A stretch of DNA of 64,000 bases, taken from positions 5,679-69,678 of the forward strand of contig NZ_URHZ01000017.1 of assembly GCF_900547735.1 (NCBI RefSeq), given 5' to 3'. The translations under genes and the position numbers were made by a program. This document shows, piece after piece, positions 51,332 to 60,889 of the stretch; within the stretch, counting starts at the first letter, position 1, and every line of letters starts with the position of its first letter. Below the pieces are notes generated by a model. That model ran no database searches. It saw nothing but the letters and a program-made list of their open reading frames with translations, and was not told the DNA's origin. Source of the DNA: an uncultured Clostridium sp. Its GTDB lineage: Bacteria; Bacillota; Clostridia; Lachnospirales; Lachnospiraceae.

Positions 51332-52081
51332 ATGCAGGATTTTTCGTATGAAAGATTGAGAGCGCAGGAAGCAGCTTTGGAGCCTTACATACTGTACCGC
51401 AAGGATCAGGCTGTTCAGGCGGAGCGAAGTGGAAGAATCCGGGACTTTGAGTACTTTAAGAGTATGTTTCCCGATAGAGTCAAGACTTTGCAAATGTACG
51501 TGGAAGAGGTCTGCGATGAGATGGAATACGACGGAAGCCCGATCTATGATGAGTTTCCGGATCGAATTCTGATGGAGCAGATGATTCAGAAGATTGCAGA
51601 TAGAGCAGCACCCGCCGGCCAGGAGACAGAGCAGGCGGAAATGACCTCGGAAGAGCTGGAACCGCCTCAAATCAGAACTGCGGATACGGCTCCGCGGGTT
51701 TCCTACGGCCCTGTCAACAGCGAGTACGGGGGCGGAGAAGGCTACGAGACTTGGGAGATGGAGGAGACTCAAATTCAGGAGGTCGGAACGGAAAGACGTC
51801 CATGGGGCCCGCCACCAGGGCCGGGTCCGTGGGGCCCGCCACCACCGCCACCTCGTCCGTGGGGCCCACCACCACCGCCACCTCGTCCATGGGGCCCGCC
51901 GCCACCTCCAGGTCCGTGGGGCCCGCCACCGCCACCCCGTCCGTGGGGCCCGCCGCCACCGCCGCCAGGCCCGTGGGGACCGCCTCTGCGTCCCAGAAAT
52001 TACTTTCTGAACGACGTTCTGGGAATTCTTCTGTTTAACGAACTGCAGGGAAGGCGCTGCCGCACAGGCAGGTGCAGATAA
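51332..52081 (+). CDS. Hypothetical protein with Pro-rich PWGP(n) repeats
   Basis: Acidic N-domain (YDGSPIYDEFPD), seven PWGPP units, basic Cys-containing tail. Confidence 0.8.
   Translation: MQDFSYERLRAQEAALEPYILYRKDQAVQAERSGRIRDFEYFKSMFPDRVKTLQMYVEEVCDEMEYDGSPIYDEFPDRILMEQMIQKIADRAAPAGQETEQAEMTSEELEPPQIRTADTAPRVSYGPVNSEYGGGEGYETWEMEETQIQEVGTERRPWGPPPGPGPWGPPPPPPRPWGPPPPPPRPWGPPPPPGPWGPPPPPRPWGPPPPPPGPWGPPLRPRNYFLNDVLGILLFNELQGRRCRTGRCR
51797..51984 (+). repeat. Intragenic tandem repeat, 27-33-bp units encoding (R/G)PWGP(n)
   Basis: Seven CC(A/G)TGGGG(C/A)CC cores. Confidence 0.9.
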
Positions 52082-52271
52082 ATCTGAACGTGTGCCGAAA
52101 ACGTGATAAAAACAGAATAAAAGGCAATGATAGTAGCAGGGAAGAAAGGAAAATCTTCCCTGCTTTCCTGCGTTCCGGGCAAATGTTCCTGCAATACGGT
52201 TCCTGATTGACGGTGAAAAGTTTACAAAGAGCTGTTCGTCATTTCCACTTCCAGGTATTTCTGGAATTTGG

Positions 52272-52511
52272 AAGTGGATTATGATATAATGTCCGCAATG
52301 CGGACATTATATCATGCGCATGCAGATTTCTGCGCTTGCCGCAGAAAGTCTGGCGCTGAATTCCGTCGGAGACTCATATTCACAAAGTGAATATGATATA
52401 ATGTCCGCAATGCGGACATTATATCATGCGCATGCAGATTTCTGCGCCTGCCGCAGAAAGTCTGGCGCTGAATTCCGTCGGAGACTTATATTCACGAAGT
52501 GGATATGATAA
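52272..52511. repeat. Two tandem 112-bp units, each with a perfect 35-bp palindrome
   Basis: ATGATATAATGTCCGCA-A-TGCGGACATTATATCAT at 52281 and 52393; a third unit starts at 52505 and breaks off. Confidence 0.95.
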
Positions 52512-52569
52512 AAAATGATAAAACAGACTGAAACAATTGTTTAGTATTTCTATAGAAGGAACAGGCAGA

Positions 52570-55053
52570 ATGAGAAAAACGATAAAGAAAGCTATAATTT
52601 TACTGGTGATATTCGTGGTGGCCCTGGCCGCCTATTTCATATGGTCTTCAAGAAAAGGGGAGGATGGAGCCGTCTACACGTCGATTGAGGACGCCAATCT
52701 TCCGGTCGTCTACATGGGGCTGTTTGGGAGCAGGATGAACTGTCTCTACGGTTTTATTGAGGACAAGCATACCAGCGCCGGACGCGGAGACCTGACGGTC
52801 CTGCCGCAGGACCGCAGACTGCCCATCACCTTCCAGGATGTGGATTCCAAGGTAAGGGGGATCCAGTATGAAATAAGGAGCCTGGACGGCGAACGCCTTG
52901 TTGAGAGGACGGTCCTGGAGGAGTGGACCCAGGAGGGGACGGACGTAAATGCCGTGCTCCCGATCCAGAACCTCTTGACGGCCAACGAAGAATATATGAT
53001 GACAATCGCTATTTCCACCGAGGATCACCCGGCGGTTTATTACTATACCAGGGTTGTATGGTCGGAGAACAATCATATGGAAGAAATGCTGACTCTGGCC
53101 AGGGAATTTTCCGATAAGACGTTCAGCTATGATACGGCCAGGGATTTAACAACCTACCTTGAAACGGATTTGAACGCGGATAACAGTTCCCTTGGTGAGG
53201 TGACTCTGAAAAACAGCTTTACCCAGCTTACGTGGCGCGGCATGGAGATGAAGCGTGAGAGTGAGGTGTCCATCCATATCAAAGAGATGCAGGGCATCAT
53301 GGGAATTATTGAGCTGAATTACGTGGCCAGTACGGCGGATGAGGACGGGGAACAGGAATATTTTGACGTGACCGAGAGCTTTACCATGAAATGGAACACC
53401 CAGAGAACGTATATGATGAACTATGACAGACGCATGAACCAGATTTTTTCCGGAGACAGCAGCCTGTATTCGGACAAACGCATTATGCTGGGTATTTCCG
53501 ACTCCGATGAACTGCAGACCATGAGCGATCCTTCCGAAAAATACCGCGCCTTTGTGGCAAACCGCGCGCTGTGGTGCTACGATGCGGAAAAAGGGAGCAG
53601 CACAAAGGTTTTTGCATTCAGAAAGAGCGAAGATGATCTGAGGACGAATTTTAACTCTTATGGTGTCAAGATTCTTTCGGTGAGTGAAGAGGGTAATATC
53701 GACTTCCTCGTATATGGATATATGAACAGGGGTAATCACGAAGGAACAACGGGAGTGGCCCTCTACAGATATGAGAGCGGGGACAATACATTGACGGAAC
53801 GCCTCTATCTGCCTTCAAGTGAAGATTACTGGAGCCTGCGTCAGGATATCGGCCGTCTGAGCTATTTAAGCAGCAATCAGACGCTGTATCTGCTGATGGA
53901 TCACGCCGTTTACGGGGTGGAACTGTCCGGTAAGGAATATATGGTGGTGGCCGACGGCCTGACGGAGGAAAACTTTGCCGTCAGCGCAGACGGTTCCAGG
54001 ATTGCCTGGCAGGACGGGGATGATATTTACAGTTCTGAGAAACTGAATGTCATGGATTTGAAGACGGGCAAAAAGGATGAGATACGTTTCCAGGATCAGA
54101 CGGTGATCCGTCTGGTGGGCTTTGTCGGCAGCGATTTGGTGTACGGGCTGGCAAACCCCGGTGAAAAGCTGATGACGGATGGCCGCGTAACGGGCCTTCC
54201 GCTCTATGCTCTTGAGATTGTGGGCTGTAACATGGAGACCGAAACGAGGTATGAACGTCAGGGACTTTATCTGACGGACGTACAGATACGCGACAGCCGC
54301 GTCCACATGACCAGAATGCGCAAATCGGGCAGTGACTATGAAACGGCGGACGAAGACACGCTTGTATGCAATGAGGAAGTGATTGCCGATCCGCTGGCCG
54401 GAATCGGATACCTGGCGGATTCGACCAAGGGGCGCCTGTACTTTGTGCAATTGAATACCCAGACAGCCAAATCCCGCAGTATCAGGGTCCATGTGCCGAA
54501 GAAAGCGGTCGCCGAGGAAAATAATGTCATAACGCTGACGGCAAACAGGCCGATGAACATCAGGCGGTACTATGCGTACGGCGGAGGCAGGATGAACGGT
54601 TCCTTTGTGGACTTCACTCAGGCGGTGCAGGCGGCTTATGATGATATGGGCCTTGTCACCGACCAGGATGGCCGGGTGTTCTGGGTGAGGGCGAACCGGA
54701 ACGACGCGAGGACCATAAAGGATATACAGAATGAAGTGGCCGTGATTAAGCGGTATCTGGATGAAATGGCCCAGGGACTGGAAGAATCTTCGGACGGAGT
54801 CCAGTTTGTAAACGCAAGGGGATGCACCCTGAACCAGGTCCTGTATTTTGTTTTCCGCGGCCGTCCGGTAGTAGCCTACCTGGGCAATGGAAGCTATGGG
54901 CTGATATACGGATATGATCAGTACAACATTTCCTGCCTCTGGTTCCCGGGAACGGAATTCGCCTATATTGAGAAGATAGGACTGAATGACGCGGCGGCAT
55001 TTTTCACAAATAACGGCGCAAACGACTTCATCGGATTCCTTCCGGCACAGTAG
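52570..55053 (+). CDS. Large hypothetical protein with N-terminal membrane anchor
   Basis: About 827-aa ORF; basic plus hydrophobic N-terminus; beta-rich body (FAVSADGSRIAW, propeller-like); no recognised catalytic motif. Confidence 0.8.
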   Translation: MRKTIKKAIILLVIFVVALAAYFIWSSRKGEDGAVYTSIEDANLPVVYMGLFGSRMNCLYGFIEDKHTSAGRGDLTVLPQDRRLPITFQDVDSKVRGIQYEIRSLDGERLVERTVLEEWTQEGTDVNAVLPIQNLLTANEEYMMTIAISTEDHPAVYYYTRVVWSENNHMEEMLTLAREFSDKTFSYDTARDLTTYLETDLNADNSSLGEVTLKNSFTQLTWRGMEMKRESEVSIHIKEMQGIMGIIELNYVASTADEDGEQEYFDVTESFTMKWNTQRTYMMNYDRRMNQIFSGDSSLYSDKRIMLGISDSDELQTMSDPSEKYRAFVANRALWCYDAEKGSSTKVFAFRKSEDDLRTNFNSYGVKILSVSEEGNIDFLVYGYMNRGNHEGTTGVALYRYESGDNTLTERLYLPSSEDYWSLRQDIGRLSYLSSNQTLYLLMDHAVYGVELSGKEYMVVADGLTEENFAVSADGSRIAWQDGDDIYSSEKLNVMDLKTGKKDEIRFQDQTVIRLVGFVGSDLVYGLANPGEKLMTDGRVTGLPLYALEIVGCNMETETRYERQGLYLTDVQIRDSRVHMTRMRKSGSDYETADEDTLVCNEEVIADPLAGIGYLADSTKGRLYFVQLNTQTAKSRSIRVHVPKKAVAEENNVITLTANRPMNIRRYYAYGGGRMNGSFVDFTQAVQAAYDDMGLVTDQDGRVFWVRANRNDARTIKDIQNEVAVIKRYLDEMAQGLEESSDGVQFVNARGCTLNQVLYFVFRGRPVVAYLGNGSYGLIYGYDQYNISCLWFPGTEFAYIEKIGLNDAAAFFTNNGANDFIGFLPAQ

Positions 55054-55073
55054 CAGATACTGGTATTGCAGGG

Positions 55074-55110
55074 GTTACTGTTCACAGCGCAATGCGGCGT
55101 GAGCAGTAAC
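55074..55110. repeat. REP-like palindrome
   Basis: GTTACTGTTCAC-AGCGCAATGCGGC-GTGAGCAGTAAC; same arms as 11780-11806. Confidence 0.7.
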
Positions 55111-55148
55111 TTGCAGGTGGCTGAAAACGTAAAAAAGTGGACGAAACC

Positions 55149-55176
55149 TTTACAAATCCTGACGATATGGTATAAT
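55149..55176 (+). promoter_or_regulatory. murA promoter
   Basis: TTTACA, 16-bp spacer, extended -10 TG-G-TATAAT. Confidence 0.65.
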
Positions 55177-55254
55177 CAGTAGAAAGCGATTGTTAGAAAT
55201 TAAGAATTCTGTAACAATATACATTGTTTTTTAATATATTTTTGAGGTGCGAGG

Positions 55255-56547
55255 ATGGAACAATATATTATGAAAGGCGGCAACTCTCTGGTAGGAGAAG
55301 TCATTATCAGCGGAGCAAAGAATGCTGCTTTGGGAATCTTGGCTGCATCAATCATGACGGACGAGGATGTTCTGATAGAGAACCTTCCGGATGTCAGAGA
55401 TATCAATGTGCTTCTTGAAGCGATAGATGAGATCGGCGCCGACGTGGATCGTATTGACAGACATACGGTCCGTATTAATGCAAAGAACATTAAAGAGGTC
55501 AGCGTAGATGATGAATATATACGCAAGATCCGTGCGTCTTACTATTTTATAGGCGCTCTGCTGGGCAAGTATAAGAGTGCGGAAGTGCCGCTTCCCGGCG
55601 GATGTAATATCGGCAGCAGGCCGATCGACCAGCATCTGAAGGGGTTCCGTGCCCTCGGTGCCAAGATTGAGGTGGAGAAGGGTGCAGTAGTGGCCCATGC
55701 CATCGATCTGGTGGGCAGTCATATTTATCTGGACGTAGTTTCCGTAGGGGCTACGATCAATATTATGATGGCGGCTACCCTGGCAGAAGGCGAGACTATC
55801 ATTGAGAACCCTGCAAAGGAACCTCACGTAGTTGACGTTGCCAACTTCCTGAACAGCATGGGAGCCAATGTCAAAGGAGCCGGTACGGATGTAATCCGTA
55901 TTAAAGGAGTCCACAAGCTGCATGGAACGGAGTATTCCATTATTCCCGATCAGATAGAAGCAGGGACATTCATGTGTGCCGCCGCGATCACCCGTGGCGA
56001 TGTTATGGTACAGAATGTTATTCCGAAGCACCTGGAGGCGATTACCGCCAAGCTGATTGAGCTGGGCTGTGAAGTCAGGGAGTTTGACGAGGCCGTACGC
56101 GTTGTAGGCAAGCCGAAACAGAAACATACGGATATCAAGACACTGCCATACCCGGGATTCCCGACAGATATGCAGCCACAGATGACCGTCACGCTGGCCC
56201 TGGCGGAGGGAACCAGCATTGTTACAGAGAGTATTTTCGAGAACCGTTTTAAATATGTGGACGAGCTTGCCAGAATGGGAAGCAATGTCAAAGTAGAAGG
56301 CTATACCGCCATCATCAGCGGAGTAAAGAAGCTGACGGGAGCACAGGTGAATGCACCGGACCTGAGAGCCGGCGCCGCGCTTGTCATTGCGGGACTGGCT
56401 GCCGAGGGATATACGATTGTCGACGAGATAGGATATATCCAGAGGGGCTATGAGAATTTTGAGAAGAAACTTCAGGGCCTGGGAGCCGTAATTGAGAAGG
56501 TGGATTCTGAGAAAGAAGCCCACAAGTTCAAATTAAAAGTAGGCTGA
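55255..56547 (+). CDS. murA: UDP-N-acetylglucosamine 1-carboxyvinyltransferase
   Basis: SGAKNA, LPGGCNIGSRPIDQH (catalytic Cys), PYPGFPTDMQ, DLRAGA, RGYE. Confidence 0.97.
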   Translation: MEQYIMKGGNSLVGEVIISGAKNAALGILAASIMTDEDVLIENLPDVRDINVLLEAIDEIGADVDRIDRHTVRINAKNIKEVSVDDEYIRKIRASYYFIGALLGKYKSAEVPLPGGCNIGSRPIDQHLKGFRALGAKIEVEKGAVVAHAIDLVGSHIYLDVVSVGATINIMMAATLAEGETIIENPAKEPHVVDVANFLNSMGANVKGAGTDVIRIKGVHKLHGTEYSIIPDQIEAGTFMCAAAITRGDVMVQNVIPKHLEAITAKLIELGCEVREFDEAVRVVGKPKQKHTDIKTLPYPGFPTDMQPQMTVTLALAEGTSIVTESIFENRFKYVDELARMGSNVKVEGYTAIISGVKKLTGAQVNAPDLRAGAALVIAGLAAEGYTIVDEIGYIQRGYENFEKKLQGLGAVIEKVDSEKEAHKFKLKVG

Positions 56548-56569
56548 CGGACAAAGTGCCTGTGATATG

Positions 56570-56634
56570 ATTCGGGGCAGAGCAGTGGATTTCGGTAGAT
56601 TACCGGAATCCGGCGCTCTGCCCCGAATTTTTTT
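56570..56634 (+). terminator. murA terminator
   Basis: ATTCGGGGCAGAGC...GCTCTGCCCCGAAT followed by a T run. Confidence 0.8.
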
Positions 56635-56676
56635 ATTGAGTGGCAATGAAAAGTTCGCGAAGCGTGCTTTTCGTTG
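56631..56676. repeat. Dispersed 46-bp hairpin repeat, copy 2
   Basis: Near-identical to 14291-14336. Confidence 0.85.
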
Positions 56677-56796
56677 TTCATAGGAAATTCAGAGGCGTCC
56701 CCGCATCTCAATTAAAATTTCCTGATATTACTTGACATAGGAAAAAGAGTATGATATCGTACATGTTGCAGTTAAATAAATTAAAAAGTACGTAAT

Positions 56797-56952
56797 ATCC
56801 CTTATTCAGAGTGATGGAGATACAAAGGATCTGTGAAGTCACGGCAACCCCGTTTAGGCAGGAAGGACAGGATGTCCCGAATGCGAGAGGCGGAAGGTGC
56901 CAGCCTGAGCGAGGCGCCGGAATGTTCCGGTCAATCGAGCAATAAGAGGATT
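56797..56952 (+). ncRNA. SAM-I (S-box) riboswitch
   Basis: CTTATTCAGAG..GGAGA..TGAAG..CGGCAACC..AAGGTGCCA..AATAAG core; upstream of metK, downstream of a TTGACA-17-TATCGT promoter, followed by a terminator. Confidence 0.9.
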
Positions 56953-56967
56953 TGATAGACCACAATC

Positions 56968-56992
56968 AAGTCCGTATTGCTACGGACTTTTT
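56968..56992 (+). terminator. Riboswitch expression-platform terminator
   Basis: AAGTCCGTA-TTGC-TACGGACTT followed by TTT. Confidence 0.8.
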
Positions 56993-57059
56993 ATTGATCT
57001 ACGATGAAAATACCGCGGAGCGTGCTTTTCGTCGTCTTTTAAAAACAAGGAGGAATACA

Positions 57060-58250
57060 ATGGAGAAACTACTTTTCACATCTGAGTCAGTGACCGAAGG
57101 CCATCCGGATAAAATGTGCGATCAGATTTCCGATGCCATTCTGGATGCTTTATTAGAGCAGGATCCGATGAGCCGCGTTGCCTGCGAGACGGCTACCACG
57201 ACAGGCCTTGTCATGGTAATGGGTGAGATTACAACCCAGGCCTATGTGGATATTCAGAAAATCGTGCGTGAGACAGTGCGTGAGATTGGATATGACAGGG
57301 CTAAATACGGCTTTGACTGTGACACCTGCGGTGTTATCACAGCGATTGACGAGCAGTCCACCGATATTGCAATGGGAGTGGACAAGGCTCTGGAAGCCAA
57401 AGAGAATAAAATGTCCGATGAAGAGCTGGAGGCAATCGGAGCCGGTGATCAGGGCATGATGTTCGGTTATGCTACAAACGAGACGGAAGAATTTATGCCT
57501 TACCCGATTTATATGGCACACAGACTGGCCCGCCGCCTGACGGAAGTGCGCAAGGACGGAACTCTTCCTTATCTCCGTCCCGACGGAAAGACACAGGTTA
57601 CGGTAGAGTATGACGAGAACGGTGCGCCAATCCGCCTGGATACGATTGTTCTGTCTACACAGCACGATGAGAATGTAACCCAGGAACAGATTCATAAGGA
57701 CATTAAACGCCATGTTTTTGACCCGATTCTGCCGTCCGGCATGATCGATTCCGAGACAAAATTCTTTATCAACCCGACCGGACGTTTTGTAATCGGCGGC
57801 CCTCATGGGGACAGCGGACTGACCGGACGTAAGATTATCGTTGACACCTACGGCGGATATGCCCGTCACGGTGGCGGCGCGTTCTCCGGTAAGGACTGCA
57901 CCAAGGTAGACCGCTCGGCAGCTTATGCGGCCCGTTATGTGGCAAAGAATATCGTAGCCGCGGGACTGGCGGACAAGTGCGAGATCCAGCTTTCCTACGC
58001 AATCGGCGTGGCACAGCCTACGTCCGTTATGGTCGATACCTTCGGCACCGGTAAACTGAGTGATCAGGAGCTGGTCGGCATCATCCGTGAACATTTTGAC
58101 CTGCGTCCGGCAGGAATCATCAAAATGCTCGATCTGCGCCGTCCTCTTTACAAACAGACTGCCGCATACGGTCATTTCGGCCGTAATGATCTGGATCTTC
58201 CGTGGGAGAAACTGGACAAGGCAGACCTGCTCAAAGGTTATTTAAAATAA
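57060..58250 (+). CDS. metK: S-adenosylmethionine synthetase
   Basis: [36 protein letters not shown] before ATG 57060. Confidence 0.98.
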   Translation: MEKLLFTSESVTEGHPDKMCDQISDAILDALLEQDPMSRVACETATTTGLVMVMGEITTQAYVDIQKIVRETVREIGYDRAKYGFDCDTCGVITAIDEQSTDIAMGVDKALEAKENKMSDEELEAIGAGDQGMMFGYATNETEEFMPYPIYMAHRLARRLTEVRKDGTLPYLRPDGKTQVTVEYDENGAPIRLDTIVLSTQHDENVTQEQIHKDIKRHVFDPILPSGMIDSETKFFINPTGRFVIGGPHGDSGLTGRKIIVDTYGGYARHGGGAFSGKDCTKVDRSAAYAARYVAKNIVAAGLADKCEIQLSYAIGVAQPTSVMVDTFGTGKLSDQELVGIIREHFDLRPAGIIKMLDLRRPLYKQTAAYGHFGRNDLDLPWEKLDKADLLKGYLK

Positions 58251-58265
58251 TAGATGGTAAAATTT

Positions 58266-58299
58266 AAAGAGAGTTCCGTATTTGCGGGACTCTCTTTTT
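58266..58299 (+). terminator. metK terminator
   Basis: AAAGAGAGTTCCG...CGGGACTCTCTTT followed by T. Confidence 0.75.
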
Positions 58300-58513
58300 C
58301 TTCAGCAGGAAATGCTGCCAGAAGTACCATAAACAGGGCATTCTAGCGGAATCAGGAAGAATATTTTATAATACTTTTAGAAACGAAGGAGTCAAAATAT
58401 GATATACTTATCATTAAGAAAGTGAAAAGATATGAGAAAGCCTCACGAAGCTTTTAAGAAGCGGGTTTTCTCATATTTTTCTGATTACCGTAAGGAGGTG
58501 CCGAAGGTATCAT

Positions 58514-60001
58514 ATGAAGATAAAGACACGTCTTGCTATTGCATTTATCACAATTACGGTGGTTCCTATTGCACTGATTTATATTGCCGTTATGGGACTT
58601 GTCAATTATCAGGGACGTTCCTTCCAGAAGAACTACGGGCTGAATGAACAGGTTGATCTGCTTTCCGGCAACTCCATGCAGGTATTTAACCGTCTGACAC
58701 AGGGGGTTCAGAATACAATCCGCAAGTCGGTGGAGGCAGACCCCTCCATTTTTGACGACGAGAGCTATCTGGAATCCCTGAACGACGAGCTGGAGAAGAA
58801 GTATTCCTACCTGATTGTCAGAAAAGGGGATGAGCTTACTTTTTCCGGTGCGTCCGAAGGATTTGAGCTGGCGGACCAGCTTCCGCCCTATGATGATTAC
58901 AAGGTGAACGCATCCGGCGGTTTCTATCTCGACGGCGAGGAACAGCACCTTTTAAAGCAGATTGATTTTACATTCTCGGACGGGGCGGAGGGCAGCCTGT
59001 TTATTGTAACGAACGTAGGCGAATACGTTCCGGAGATTAAGTCGATGATCAGCGAGATGCTGCTGGTGGGAGTGCTGATTATCTGTTTCACGGCCGGTAT
59101 CCTGATTATGTGGGTATACAGGGCGCTGCTGCAGCCGCTGAACAAGCTTCAGGAGGCCACGAAGAAGATTCGTGACGGTAACCTGGACTTTACACTGGAT
59201 GTGGACAACGATGACGAGATTGGCCTGCTCTGCCAGGACTTTGAGGAGATGCGTTTAAGACTCAAGGAATCCTCGGAGGAGAAGCTCCAGTATGACAAGG
59301 AGAGCAAGGAACTGATCAGTAATATTTCCCATGACCTGAAGACGCCGATCACGGCTATCAAGGGTTATGTGGAGGGAATCCAGGACGGTGTGGCATCATC
59401 ACCCGAAAAGCTGGATAAATATATCAAAACGATTTATAATAAGGCTAATGATATGGATCGCCTGATTGACGAGCTGACATTCTATTCCAAGATTGATACG
59501 AATAAAATACCGTATAACTACACGAAGATCAACGTGGCGGAATATTTCGGGGACTGTGTGGAAGAGGTCGGCCTGGATATGGAGACCCGTGGAATTGAGC
59601 TGGGATACTTCAACTATGTGGACAACGACGTTGTGATAATTGCCGATGCGGAGCAGATGAAGCGCGTGATTAACAACATTATCGGCAATTCCTTAAAATA
59701 TCTGGATAAGAAAAAGGGAATCATTAATATCAGAATTAAGGATGACGGTGATTTTATCCAGATTGTGATTGAGGACAACGGGAAAGGAATTGCGGCCAAG
59801 GACGTGCCATTTATATTTGACCGCTTTTACAGGACGGACTCCTCCAGGAATTCTTCCAAGGGAGGCAGCGGCATCGGCCTGTCCATCGTGAAGAAGATTA
59901 TTGAGGATCACGGCGGCAGGATCTGGGCTACGAGCAAAGAAGGAATTGGCACTGAGGTTCATTTTGTGCTTAGAAAATACCAGGAGGTTATTCAGGAATG
60001 A
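58514..60001 (+). CDS. HAMP-domain sensor histidine kinase
   Basis: Two TM, HAMP, SHDLKTP, NIIGNSLKY, DNGKGI, FDRFYR, GSGIGL. Confidence 0.95.
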   Translation: MKIKTRLAIAFITITVVPIALIYIAVMGLVNYQGRSFQKNYGLNEQVDLLSGNSMQVFNRLTQGVQNTIRKSVEADPSIFDDESYLESLNDELEKKYSYLIVRKGDELTFSGASEGFELADQLPPYDDYKVNASGGFYLDGEEQHLLKQIDFTFSDGAEGSLFIVTNVGEYVPEIKSMISEMLLVGVLIICFTAGILIMWVYRALLQPLNKLQEATKKIRDGNLDFTLDVDNDDEIGLLCQDFEEMRLRLKESSEEKLQYDKESKELISNISHDLKTPITAIKGYVEGIQDGVASSPEKLDKYIKTIYNKANDMDRLIDELTFYSKIDTNKIPYNYTKINVAEYFGDCVEEVGLDMETRGIELGYFNYVDNDVVIIADAEQMKRVINNIIGNSLKYLDKKKGIINIRIKDDGDFIQIVIEDNGKGIAAKDVPFIFDRFYRTDSSRNSSKGGSGIGLSIVKKIIEDHGGRIWATSKEGIGTEVHFVLRKYQEVIQE

Positions 60002-60687
60002 GCAGAATTTTAATTGTTGAAGACGAAGAGAGCATCGCGGAGCTTGAGAAGGATTATCTGGAACTCTCCGGCTTTGAAGTAGAGATGGAGAACAACGGGG
60101 AATCAGGACTGAAACGGGGCCTGGAAGAAGATTTTGATCTGCTGATTCTGGATCTGATGCTTCCCGGTATGGACGGTTTTGAGATCTGTAAGAAAGTCCG
60201 CGAGGTGAAGAATACTCCGATTATCATGGTTTCGGCAAAGAAAGACGATATAGACAAGATAAGAGGCCTGGGCCTGGGCGCCGACGATTACATCACAAAG
60301 CCCTTCAGCCCGAGTGAGATGGTAGCCAGGGTAAAAGCCCATATGGCAAGATACGAGCGCCTGATTGGCAGCGGAACCCCGGAGAACGAGATTATAGAAA
60401 TCAGGGGCTTAAAGATCGACAAGACGGCAAGGCGCGTTTATATTAACGGGGAAGAGAAGAATTTCACCACGAAGGAATTCGACCTTCTGGCCTTCCTTGC
60501 CCAGAACCCTAACCACGTGTTTACGAAGGAAGAACTCTTCAGTAAGATCTGGGATATGGAATCCCTCGGAGATATCGCTACCGTTACGGTGCATATTAAA
60601 AAAATCAGGGAGAAGATAGAATTCAATACTGCAAAGCCGCAGTATATTGAGACGATCTGGGGTGTAGGCTACCGGTTTAAGGTGTGA
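59998..60687 (+). CDS. OmpR/PhoB family response regulator
   Basis: VEDE, DLMLP, GADDYITKPF, IETIWGVGYRF. Confidence 0.96.
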   Translation: MSRILIVEDEESIAELEKDYLELSGFEVEMENNGESGLKRGLEEDFDLLILDLMLPGMDGFEICKKVREVKNTPIIMVSAKKDDIDKIRGLGLGADDYITKPFSPSEMVARVKAHMARYERLIGSGTPENEIIEIRGLKIDKTARRVYINGEEKNFTTKEFDLLAFLAQNPNHVFTKEELFSKIWDMESLGDIATVTVHIKKIREKIEFNTAKPQYIETIWGVGYRFKV

Positions 60688-60761
60688 TATTGACATAACA
60701 CTTGATCTGGTGCAGAATAATCTTAGCCAGGAAGTTAAATAAGTCCATTTGGACACAAAGA

Positions 60762-60793
60762 GAAATCCCGTGTATGCCAGTACACGGGATTTC
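60762..60793. terminator. Hairpin between convergent genes
   Basis: GAAATCCCGTGTA...TACACGGGATTTC. Confidence 0.65.
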
Positions 60794-60889
60794 CCTTATG
60801 GTAAGCGGTTACCGCAGGAGCTTTCGTTTTTCCGTATTCCCCACCTACACCACAAAACTTCCACGGGACTGAAGACTCACAATCCGCCC

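Noticed and set aside
52272..52511. CRISPR array, or the 64-aa ORF at 52314-52508
   Set aside because: The would-be spacers are near-identical, there are only two units and no cas genes; the ORF just translates the repeat.
56952..57059. N-terminal extension of metK
   Set aside because: Overlaps the riboswitch terminator; a strong SD precedes ATG 57060.
55348..58175. Long antisense ORFs over murA (391 aa) and metK (340 aa)
   Set aside because: Fully overlap highly conserved genes on the opposite strand; no protein-family features.
60799..60814. cre/LacI-like palindrome GGTAAGCGGTTACC
   Set aside because: Lies between convergent 3' ends with no promoter to control.
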